Translations under genes and position numbers: made by a program | Notes under the pieces: generated by a model | Databases searched by the model: none | Seen by the model: the letters and a program-made list of their open reading frames with translations, nothing else | Told to the model about the DNA's origin: nothing | In this document: one piece after another, positions 27,706 to 36,284 of the stretch | How the letters are laid out: every line of letters starts with the position of its first letter | How positions within the stretch are numbered: position 1 is the first letter of the stretch | NCBI GenBank assembly: GCA_003193925.1 | Contig: PSPG01000004.1 | Coordinates: 64,001-128,000 of the forward strand | Source: Candidatus Thalassarchaeum betae | Lineage (GTDB): Archaea > Thermoplasmatota > Poseidoniia > Poseidoniales > Thalassarchaeaceae | Length of the DNA stretch: 64,000 nucleotides | Reading direction: 5' to 3'

Positions 27706-30186
27706 TCATTCGATACTGTGCATTCGTACCAGCGACTGCTTCATCATCGACAGCTCAGGTGGGATCTCGACACCGGATATGGGAGACTTGAGGGACAATC
27801 CGGAGTCCTTCTTGAGCTTCCAGATCATGGAGTTGAACTCGGAAATCCCCGGAGTGAGTGCTCTCAGAACATCAATGTCGTCATCCACTGCTCCCGGAGG
27901 CAAGCGGGGGAAGGAACGGACATCGACAGAGCTCTGGCTGTACAAGGTGTCTGATAGGTAGTGAGTAAAGAAAGGACATATCGGGGTCAATGCACTCAGT
28001 AGGTCTCGAACCACCCTGTGCAATGTCCACGCAGCCACGGCATCGTCATCATACAGCCTTGACTTGGTCATCTCCAACCAGTGGCTGGGGAAGATACCGG
28101 TGCCGAATCCCTTGATGGCCTGAGCCGCAGTATAGATGTCGATTCGCGACCACGCATCCTCGACGCGGGCCATCACGTGGTCGAACTCAGCGAGAATCCA
28201 GCGATCCTCGGGCGCCAAGTCCCGGGGAGGCTGTTCCAGGTCAGCAGGGACGTCGAACTGGCTGGCGAACCGTGCGACATTGAATATCTTTGTCAGGACT
28301 CCGAAGTACTTGGCCTCAATCTCCTCCGGATTGATATGGAAGTCATCACCCACCTGAGCGTCGCAAGCCTTCCACAGTCGGAAGCATTCGCTGCCGATCT
28401 TGCCAGCCCTCAGCTGCACCTGCTTACCGTCGGGGCCTTTGATGCTCCATGAGCCGGGCCTCCCACCTGCTCCACACTCCAGAACCGAATCAGCGTCAAT
28501 CCCATTGCCAAGCGACTTTGACATCTTGCGGCCCCAAGGATCCATCCCGAGCCCATCGATCCAGATGTTTTGGAAGGCCGGCTTGTCGAACAACAGAGCG
28601 CTCTTGAGCAGGGTGTAGTACAGCCACGTGCGGACTATATCCTTGCCCTGTGGTCTGATTGAAGTCGGGAATGCCCGCTCGAACAGTTCAGGGTCGCTGA
28701 TGTAGCCTGAGACGTAGAGATTCGAGTTGGAAGAGTCCATCCATGTGTCGAATACCCTCTCCTCCCCCTCCAACTCGCCCAAACTCGAAGAGAGATCGAC
28801 GAAGGAGCCCAGTATTTTACGGGTGTCGCGGTCAAGCACCTCGGAGTCCGGAGGGGGTGACTCGCGCCATGGCTGAACGTAGGAGCCGGAGGGGGGGACG
28901 ACGACTCTCGAGCCGTCTTCCGAATACCAGATTGGGACTTCGGTGTGGTACCATCTGCGACGGCTGATTGGCCAGTCGATCGAGATACCTTCCATCCAAT
29001 CATGGAGGAACTGGCGGTTCCTCTCGGGAATGAATACGCTCTGGTCCGAAAGTTTAGTGAGTCTATCGAGGATATGGGTCTGCCTGACATACCACTCCTT
29101 CAGCAGGATAATCTCGACGGGATTTCGCCCCCTCTCACTCACTGGAACCTCCTGCATGTGCTCCTCAGCAGCGACGAGTCGTTCGGAATCGCGGAGAATG
29201 TCGATGGCTGCTGCGCGGGCCTCCTCTGCGGGCATGCCTGCCAGAGGGCCGCCTACGGATGTCATCCGTCCCTCGAGGTCCACCGCGACGAATGGACGAA
29301 GAGCGAATTCACGGAACACAACGACATCATTCTGGTCTCCGAAGGAGCAGATCATCAGGACCCCACTGCCAAAATCCATCTTCACGGAGGGATGCGTGCG
29401 GATCTCGACGGTCGGGTCCCTGTCTGCCACGAGGATTGGCAAGTGAATTCGCTTGCCGATGAGATGCGAATACCTGTCGTCATCGGGATGGACCACTACC
29501 ACCCCACATGCGCAGATCATCTCGGGACGAGTGGTCGAGATTACGACATCCTCCCCATCCTCAGTGGTCCAGCGGACATCACATAGCAGAGTCTTACGGG
29601 TGATCCTCTGGACCTCGGCTTCTGCGATGGTGGTACCCTCTACTGGATCGTAGATGTTGGGCCTCAGGTCCTCGATGATATCGCCTCGCTTGAACAGGTC
29701 GACGAAGATGGACTGCGTGACAGCCCTGTAATCGGGAGCGTCTGTGAGGTACTCATTGTCGTAGTCACATGACAATCCGACTCGTTTAGCAGTGTCCCTC
29801 ATTGCCTGGGTATATGGCTCGATGGTTTCGGCGCACAGGTCAAGGAACTCTCCGCGTTCGTAGGTTCGCATCTTACGCCCGTACTTCTTCTCGACGGTGA
29901 ACTCGATGTTGATCCCGTTGCGATCCACCCCCCAAGGGAAACAGACTTCCTTGCCAAGCAGCCTCTGACTGCGAGCTATCACGTCGATCATGCTGTACTG
30001 AGCGACAGCCCCTATGTGCCATGTTCCGCTGGGATAAGGCGGTGGGGTGTCGATGATGAATATCTCACGCTCGCTCTTGGGGTCGAACGAATACCTCTTC
30101 GAGTATGATTCGTCGAAGAGACTCTCCTGGATCCTCTTCTCAAGGTCTATGTTCCATCTCTTCTCGGGGATTCTCGGAGCACTCAC
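27706..30186 (-). CDS. valS: Valine--tRNA ligase (archaeal type)
   Basis: IDTPPPYPSG.WHIG, TTRPE, DWPISR, DTWMDSS, RPQGKDI, KMSKS. Confidence 0.95.
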   Translation of the reverse strand: MSAPRIPEKRWNIDLEKRIQESLFDESYSKRYSFDPKSEREIFIIDTPPPYPSGTWHIGAVAQYSMIDVIARSQRLLGKEVCFPWGVDRNGINIEFTVEKKYGRKMRTYERGEFLDLCAETIEPYTQAMRDTAKRVGLSCDYDNEYLTDAPDYRAVTQSIFVDLFKRGDIIEDLRPNIYDPVEGTTIAEAEVQRITRKTLLCDVRWTTEDGEDVVISTTRPEMICACGVVVVHPDDDRYSHLIGKRIHLPILVADRDPTVEIRTHPSVKMDFGSGVLMICSFGDQNDVVVFREFALRPFVAVDLEGRMTSVGGPLAGMPAEEARAAAIDILRDSERLVAAEEHMQEVPVSERGRNPVEIILLKEWYVRQTHILDRLTKLSDQSVFIPERNRQFLHDWMEGISIDWPISRRRWYHTEVPIWYSEDGSRVVVPPSGSYVQPWRESPPPDSEVLDRDTRKILGSFVDLSSSLGELEGEERVFDTWMDSSNSNLYVSGYISDPELFERAFPTSIRPQGKDIVRTWLYYTLLKSALLFDKPAFQNIWIDGLGMDPWGRKMSKSLGNGIDADSVLECGAGGRPGSWSIKGPDGKQVQLRAGKIGSECFRLWKACDAQVGDDFHINPEEIEAKYFGVLTKIFNVARFASQFDVPADLEQPPRDLAPEDRWILAEFDHVMARVEDAWSRIDIYTAAQAIKGFGTGIFPSHWLEMTKSRLYDDDAVAAWTLHRVVRDLLSALTPICPFFTHYLSDTLYSQSSVDVRSFPRLPPGAVDDDIDVLRALTPGISEFNSMIWKLKKDSGLSLKSPISGVEIPPELSMMKQSLVRMHSIE

Positions 30187-30339
30187 AGGACCACCTCACG
30201 TCTGACGCGGCCCCTCCTGAGTAACTCCATTCTTGACCATTCCCGCACCTGCAGGTCACCGTGATATCGAACGTGAGTCGAATTGCGATTGCGAGGGGTT
30301 GAAGTCCCGTCTTCTTACAGATTGGATTTGAGCGGTGCC

Positions 30340-33273
30340 ATGAGCGATAGCAAGGGCAAGGGTTTCGGCCCGAGAAACGTGGTACAACGGGCCAAGTCGG
30401 AGGCTGCCTCCAAAGTCGCTAGTGGAAAGAAAGCGATGGGGCAGATTGATGCTGATTTCGTCAAAGGAGCTGTCAGAAGGGCCCCCAACACCCTGCGCAG
30501 GGCCCTAGCGGACTCAACAGCGACTGGGATACTGACGAAAGTGCCTGTCGTGACGGTGGTGCTGTGCCTTCTTGTAACAGGCTTCTTCACCCTGCACTCG
30601 GGTATCTTTGACTGTCGAGAAGGCTTCGAGTACGAGTTCTGTAGCGAAGAGGCAGCATTGAACGTCAACGGAGACCTCGAGGTATACCTACCCCAAGGCT
30701 CCGATGTCAGCGTGATGATAGCCGTTGTCCAGGAGGACTGGACGACCAATGTCATGGTGATCTACGTCGAGTCGGAGGACACGAATGTCACCACGATCAA
30801 TATCCTGAATGAGATTGATGCAGTCGAGAGGGAGTTGAACTTCGTGCGCAATGACGATGGAGTCAATGACAACATCATCTACGTCCTGTCAATTTCCACT
30901 GTGATCAAGGAAGTGAACTCAAGTGCAGGCAGAGTGGCCAAGGCATTCTTCTCGGGACTGGCTGAGGCCACGGGGAACGAAGACCTCTCCGAGCAGTTCA
31001 ACGACACCATAGACGAGCAGGAGGACATCATCGGCAGTTACTCGATTCCCGAGGAGCAGGAGCGAGTCGACCGGATCCTCAGGGAGATGCCGCGGAACGC
31101 CCTAGACAAGCTGGTCAGGGATGTCGGCAAGGACCTGGACGGGGACGGGGACAAGGATGTCTTCCGCGTGAATTACTGGAACCGTGCAGTCATCATCATC
31201 GGGATCTCCGACAATCTGACAGGGGTCGAAGATATCTCGGAGTTGATTGAGGAAACTCAGAATACCATCAACCGTATCGCAGAAGCCAACAACTGGACAG
31301 AAGACAACCTGACGATGACCCTGACTGGGCCTGTTCCAATCACTAACGCAGTCACCGAGGAGTCGTTCAAACTGTTCTGGAAGGTGTTCCCCCTCGGCGT
31401 ACTTGCCGTCGCCATCGGCCTGTTCCTCTTCCATTGTGACCTGCTGCAGACTGGTCGGATTAGATTCGTCCAGGGACTGAAGGTGGTCATTATCGCGGGG
31501 CTTCCAACCTTATGTTCGGTATGGATCACACTGGGAATCATCGGTTTCACTGACTATGAGGTCACGATGACGGTCATCATCGTAGGGCCGATCATACTTG
31601 CCCTAGGGGTTTCCTATGGGCTCCACATTACCAATCGGTACGCCGAGTCAAAGGGGACGCCCAGAGAGAAGATGGCCATAGCTCTCAACTCGACGGGGCG
31701 AGCCGTCTTCCTCTCAGCAGTCACGACTATCATCGGCTTCATCTCACTGACCTTTACTCCAATGAAACCGATACAGACCGTGGGATGGTCTCTGGCCGGG
31801 GGCATAGTCGTGGTCTACATCATGACGATGGTCATGGTTCCCAATCTGACGATGATGCTCGACCTGAAGAAACCGTCTCACCCGGCCCCGAAGCTGTTCG
31901 TGCAAGCCGTGGGTGTCCCTTTGAAATGGACTCGCCTCACCTTGGTCCTATTCCTTGCAGCGATGCTGATGTCTGCAGGGATCTCCAGAGACAACGTCGA
32001 GGAGAACATCAACCTGCTCGAGATGGCGCCTCAGAACGTGGAGTCCGTTCAGAAGATGGCGGTATACTCGGATGAGTTCGAAGCAGGCCAGCCCGGATTC
32101 CTCCTCGTGGAAGGGAATCTGGCGGCCAGTCCAAACTTATTCTCGCCGGTGTTAGACGACCCGTATGAGAATCTGAAGGGAATCGAAGCTCTGGAACAGA
32201 ACTGCAATCGAGTGAACAGAACCACTGCAGTTTCCATAGTCTTCCTGATGAAAGCCGTGGCCGTAGGCGTGAACGTCTCGGGGCAACCGATAGCCGACCA
32301 AGTGGATCAGTGGCCGCTGCCCGATCAGATCAAGGACGTTGTGGGCTTCATCTTCGGCAGGGAAGTTGCCGGGAACGGCTCGTTCTGGGAGACTCTGGCG
32401 GCCTTGGACGGCTCTCCCTCCGGCGATGACCAAGCCCACAACTTCCTGATTTACGTATTCTACAACAGCATGACTGACGAGATGCGTGAATTATTCATCT
32501 CATCCAACTACAGGCGCAGCCTCATCTATATCGATATGCCATTCATGGATGTCCAGGACACCAATGAGGCTGTCAACGGCAAGGGTGGCATCAACTACTG
32601 GGCCGAGAACACCCCTGGCGTGGAGTCGTCGGCTCTGGTCGGGGTCGCATCGGTGACTATCGAGGTCAACAATCTGATTGTGGACTCCCAATGGACCTCG
32701 TTGGGATTCGCTCTGCTGTTCTCGGTGCTCACCCTCGGCTTGGTCTTCCGAGACCTCAGGTTCGCCTTATTGACGACGATACCAGTCGGCTTCACCGTGG
32801 GGATGCAATGGCTGGCGATGGATGCCCTCGGAGTCCCCCTATCACTAGTCACGGTGATGGTCGGATCGATACTGGTCGGCGTCGGAATCGACTTCTCCAT
32901 TCACATCGCCAATCGCGTCAAAGAGCAAGGTGGGACGATGGAAGCCGTTAGGGTGGCTTGTGCCAGCACCGGAATGAGCCTGTTTGAGGCGACGGTGGTA
33001 ACAGCTGCCGGCCTAACTTGCGCTTACCGGATTCCCATAGTAGCAATCCACCCATTCGTGACCGTCATCATCATCCTACTGATTGTCGCGGCATTGTCTG
33101 CGCTTCTCCTGTTGCCGGCCATCTTCGCACTGCTGATTAAGTCCGGCATCGGATTGACCGGTGGCGTAGAGACTATGGTCAAGACCGCAGGATTACGCAG
33201 GGCAATCGCTCGGGACGAGGCTGACGTGATAGATGCCTCGCTGCTCATCGGCTCGTCCGACGATGCGTGGTGA
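30340..33273 (+). CDS. RND/MMPL-family transporter
   Basis: Two repeats of TM + large loop + 5 TM; LGVSYGLH and GVGIDFSIH motifs. Confidence 0.9.
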   Translation: MSDSKGKGFGPRNVVQRAKSEAASKVASGKKAMGQIDADFVKGAVRRAPNTLRRALADSTATGILTKVPVVTVVLCLLVTGFFTLHSGIFDCREGFEYEFCSEEAALNVNGDLEVYLPQGSDVSVMIAVVQEDWTTNVMVIYVESEDTNVTTINILNEIDAVERELNFVRNDDGVNDNIIYVLSISTVIKEVNSSAGRVAKAFFSGLAEATGNEDLSEQFNDTIDEQEDIIGSYSIPEEQERVDRILREMPRNALDKLVRDVGKDLDGDGDKDVFRVNYWNRAVIIIGISDNLTGVEDISELIEETQNTINRIAEANNWTEDNLTMTLTGPVPITNAVTEESFKLFWKVFPLGVLAVAIGLFLFHCDLLQTGRIRFVQGLKVVIIAGLPTLCSVWITLGIIGFTDYEVTMTVIIVGPIILALGVSYGLHITNRYAESKGTPREKMAIALNSTGRAVFLSAVTTIIGFISLTFTPMKPIQTVGWSLAGGIVVVYIMTMVMVPNLTMMLDLKKPSHPAPKLFVQAVGVPLKWTRLTLVLFLAAMLMSAGISRDNVEENINLLEMAPQNVESVQKMAVYSDEFEAGQPGFLLVEGNLAASPNLFSPVLDDPYENLKGIEALEQNCNRVNRTTAVSIVFLMKAVAVGVNVSGQPIADQVDQWPLPDQIKDVVGFIFGREVAGNGSFWETLAALDGSPSGDDQAHNFLIYVFYNSMTDEMRELFISSNYRRSLIYIDMPFMDVQDTNEAVNGKGGINYWAENTPGVESSALVGVASVTIEVNNLIVDSQWTSLGFALLFSVLTLGLVFRDLRFALLTTIPVGFTVGMQWLAMDALGVPLSLVTVMVGSILVGVGIDFSIHIANRVKEQGGTMEAVRVACASTGMSLFEATVVTAAGLTCAYRIPIVAIHPFVTVIIILLIVAALSALLLLPAIFALLIKSGIGLTGGVETMVKTAGLRRAIARDEADVIDASLLIGSSDDAW

Positions 33274-33311
33274 TGCATCAGATTCATTCGCTTGACTCCA
33301 GTGGAGCGCGC

Positions 33312-33785
33312 ATGACCCGGTACTGGCTGATGAAGAGCGAGCCACACGTCTATCCGTGGGAGCTGCTGGTTGAGGACGGTTCGACTCACTGGGACGGGGT
33401 GAGGAACTACCAAGCGAGGAACCTGATGAGGGATGAGATGAAGATTGGGGACCTCGCTCTGTTTTATCACTCCAACTGCAAGCCACCACATGTCGCTGGA
33501 GTCGTTAGGGTCTGCAGAGAGGGCTACCCCGACCACACGGCCCAAGACCCTGAATCGAACTACTTCGATCCCAAAGCCACCCCGGAGAACCCCCGTTGGA
33601 TTATGGTTGACATAGAACCAGTGACGGAACTCGATACCGTCGAGCTGTCCGAGTTGAGGGCGAATCCAAAACTCGAAGGGATGCCGTTGCTCAGAAGGGG
33701 CCAGAGACTCTCAGTCCAGCCTGTTCCCAAAGAGCATTTCGAGATCGTGTGCCGGATGGGTGGCCTTGTGGGAATGCCCGGTTAG
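33312..33785 (+). CDS. EVE-domain protein
   Basis: YWLMKSEP, WDGVRNYQARN, FYHS, YPD.TA.DP...YFDPK, RLSVQPV. Confidence 0.95.
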   Translation: MTRYWLMKSEPHVYPWELLVEDGSTHWDGVRNYQARNLMRDEMKIGDLALFYHSNCKPPHVAGVVRVCREGYPDHTAQDPESNYFDPKATPENPRWIMVDIEPVTELDTVELSELRANPKLEGMPLLRRGQRLSVQPVPKEHFEIVCRMGGLVGMPG

Positions 33786-33787
33786 GT

Positions 33788-34093
33788 GGGCGCGTCCTCG
33801 GTGGACGCTCGTCACCAGAGGTGCAAGTTCACCGATCTCCTCCGCCCCGCTATCCCAAGGCATCCAGCATCCCCGGTCGGGCTGCTCGCTTCCGCGCCTG
33901 ACCTGGTTCCCGGGCGTGAGACGGTCCTCGCTTCCCTCCGGAAGCGGCTTCCGCCAACCTGGATCTCTTGGGGGCGAGGCATCGACGTCAACCGGTGGAA
34001 CACCAATGGCTCGTCTGCGCCGCCCTCGGACTTCGGGTCTCCATTTTCGACGATTTGAGAACAACAGAGCACGTCAACTCTCCCCCTAGCCCG
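33788..34093 (-). ncRNA. ffs: Archaeal SRP (7S) RNA; ends approximate
   Basis: Minus strand shows helix 6 CGCTTCC-GGAG-GGAAGCG and helix 8 GGTCAGG-CGC-GGAA-GCG-AGCAGCC; about 300 nt, GC-rich, intergenic. Confidence 0.93.
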
Positions 34094-34153
34094 ATTATGG
34101 CGGGAAATCGCCCCATATCAACGAATCCCTGACCCGAAATGTGGGATAAGGCG

Positions 34154-34537
34154 CTATTCCGAGTATTTCGAAGGGCAACCTGTCTGAATCTCATGTGCCT
34201 TAAGCAGCCAACCTTCACTGCTGTCCATCAGGTTTCCCTTGACAGCTATTGTATGGCCCTCTTCGAAACCGTCGGGGATGGCAACCCCAGAGAAGTCAAT
34301 GTGGAGCGTGTGCGACGTCCCTGCGAGGTCAAACGAGGATGAGGCGGAATCGAGCGAGCCGGCGACTACTTGACCACGCAGATGCACATTGCCCTCATGT
34401 GACTGAGGCGAGGCCATGACCTCGTCTACAGAATACTGGGTCTCGGGCTTGACGCTAAGGAACATCAGCGCAACAAGCCCAGCTAGGGCGAGGCCGACTA
34501 CGATCAGACGCGAAGCCCGGGTCCCCGCCATGCTCAC
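34154..34537 (-). CDS. ccmE: Cytochrome c maturation protein CcmE, CxxxY variant
   Basis: N-terminal TM, LRGQV..GS, IPDGF.EG, C-terminal CPSKY. Confidence 0.88.
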   Translation of the reverse strand: MSMAGTRASRLIVVGLALAGLVALMFLSVKPETQYSVDEVMASPQSHEGNVHLRGQVVAGSLDSASSSFDLAGTSHTLHIDFSGVAIPDGFEEGHTIAVKGNLMDSSEGWLLKAHEIQTGCPSKYSE

Positions 34538-34576
34538 ACCTCGATTCGGGTGTTGATGAGGGTTTTCACTGGCGAG

Positions 34577-35680
34577 TCAGCGATTGCCATAGCCAACTAC
34601 CTCTTCGATGCTCAGGAAACCGTTGTCCCTCATCCTCCTGCTGAGTCCCTTGACTATGAGAGACACTACGGACGGGCCCTTGAACACCATAGCCGAGTAC
34701 AACTGCAACAGAGATGCTCCCGATGTCATCGCCTCCCAAGCAGAGTCCGCCGAGTCGATCCCACCGACTCCGATTATCGGTACCTCGGAGCCGGCCTCCT
34801 CGTAGAGGAGTCTAATCACTTCGGCCGAACGCGATTGGAGTGGCCTTCCGGAGAGGCCCCCACGCTCGGCGAAGACGCTCCGCGACTTGGTATTGGAGGG
34901 AACGGGGCGGTGGAGGGTCGTGTTGGTGGCGACGAAACCGTCGATACCCCGCCTCATCGCCATTTGGGCTGATGCGAGCAGCTCGTCGTCCGTGCTATCT
35001 GGGGACAGTTTCAGCAACAGAGGTTTTCCCCCACCCCTCCTCTCACTGATTCTGCCGCACTCGGATAGAATCGAGGACAAGTGGTCGACCTCCTGCAGCT
35101 CCCTTAGGTCGGGGGTATTCGGTGAAGAGACATTGAGGACGAACATGTCAGCGTGATTCCACAGGATGTCCAATGTCTGCGAGTAGTCGCTGGGTGCGCT
35201 CTCGTTCGGGGTCTTCGTGGAACGGCCTATGTTGGCCGCGATGGGAACCTTGGGCCACTTGCCCGAAGCCCGGCGAGAAATCAGCCTGTCCCTCACAGCC
35301 GAGGCTCCGGGATTGTTGAAACCCATCCGATTCACCAAAGCGTGCTCCGACTCGGCCCTGAACATCCGGGGTTTGGGGTTGCCATCTTGGGGAAATCTGG
35401 TCACTCCGCCGTACTCGACCCATGAGAAGCCCAACGCTGGCCATGCAGAAAGCGCCTCTGCACCCTTGTCAAAGCCTGCTGCCAACCCCAATGGATGGTG
35501 AAAAAGGCGTCCAAGAACGTGAATTGGCAGTTCTGGGGCGTGATACATGGCACTGAGAGCTCGCTGGCCACCCGAACTCTGTCCGAATGACGACAGCCCC
35601 TGAATGACGAGGTCATGAGCCTTCTCGGAGTCGGCGAAGCGAAGGATTGGTCGCACGAAGAAGGAATACGGTAATCCCAT
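34577..35680 (-). CDS. pyrD: Quinone-dependent dihydroorotate dehydrogenase (class 2)
   Basis: GLAAGFDK, NRMGFNN, NVSSPNTP, KLSPD, GGLSG, IIGVGGI. Confidence 0.95.
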   Translation of the reverse strand: MGLPYSFFVRPILRFADSEKAHDLVIQGLSSFGQSSGGQRALSAMYHAPELPIHVLGRLFHHPLGLAAGFDKGAEALSAWPALGFSWVEYGGVTRFPQDGNPKPRMFRAESEHALVNRMGFNNPGASAVRDRLISRRASGKWPKVPIAANIGRSTKTPNESAPSDYSQTLDILWNHADMFVLNVSSPNTPDLRELQEVDHLSSILSECGRISERRGGGKPLLLKLSPDSTDDELLASAQMAMRRGIDGFVATNTTLHRPVPSNTKSRSVFAERGGLSGRPLQSRSAEVIRLLYEEAGSEVPIIGVGGIDSADSAWEAMTSGASLLQLYSAMVFKGPSVVSLIVKGLSRRMRDNGFLSIEEVVGYGNR

Positions 35681-35733
35681 TGCTGCAGCCTGCCGAACGA
35701 TATTCTTCAAGCGTTGCGCAGCATCGCGGGTTC

Positions 35734-36144
35734 ATGAGCGCATCAAAGCAGGGTGCTGCTATCAGCGAACTCGCCCGCAGGACCCTCAGGTCCGGAGGGG
35801 TTACGGTTCGTACAAAGGATGCCGGACGGCTCAGTGTCGAGTCCCTCTCGGTTTTGATTTCTGATCTCGCGCCGTCTGTCATATCTGGGGCTGATGCCGT
35901 AGAGTCGGATGAAGAGGGCATCGAAATCGTGCTCGATGGCGAACCTGGAGGACTCATCGGTGGCCCCGAGCCGCGTACCCTGGAATGTGTTTGGATACCG
36001 GGGGTTCCAGATGACCTCTGGAGGAAGTACAGAAATTCCGTCTTGGATCTGGCTGCCGCTGGATACCCCGGCTGCATTGGTTGCGCCGGTCCGGCTGCTG
36101 AATTGCCATGGGATGAAGAGGGCTCGAGAGTGGTTCTGAGATAA
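35734..36144 (+). CDS. Hypothetical protein with C-terminal CxxC (GYPGCIGCAGP)
   Basis: ATG ORF divergent from pyrD; fills the gap before topA. Confidence 0.65.
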   Translation: MSASKQGAAISELARRTLRSGGVTVRTKDAGRLSVESLSVLISDLAPSVISGADAVESDEEGIEIVLDGEPGGLIGGPEPRTLECVWIPGVPDDLWRKYRNSVLDLAAAGYPGCIGCAGPAAELPWDEEGSRVVLR

Positions 36145-36284
36145 CCCGCCTCGCGCGCCCCCCCGCTCGCGCACGCGTTGGAGAGTAATCGACCTGCTCA
36201 TGTTTATACAGGGTCCATCCGGGCACACCAAAACGAGGTCAGCTAGTCTTTCTCGACAGACAGTGCTGGCAAAGGGGTGGAACT

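Noticed and set aside
33711-34089. Several overlapping ORFs on both strands
   Set aside because: Explained by the GC-rich SRP RNA
36145-36284. GC-rich tract upstream of topA as an ncRNA
   Set aside because: No convincing long stem or known motif
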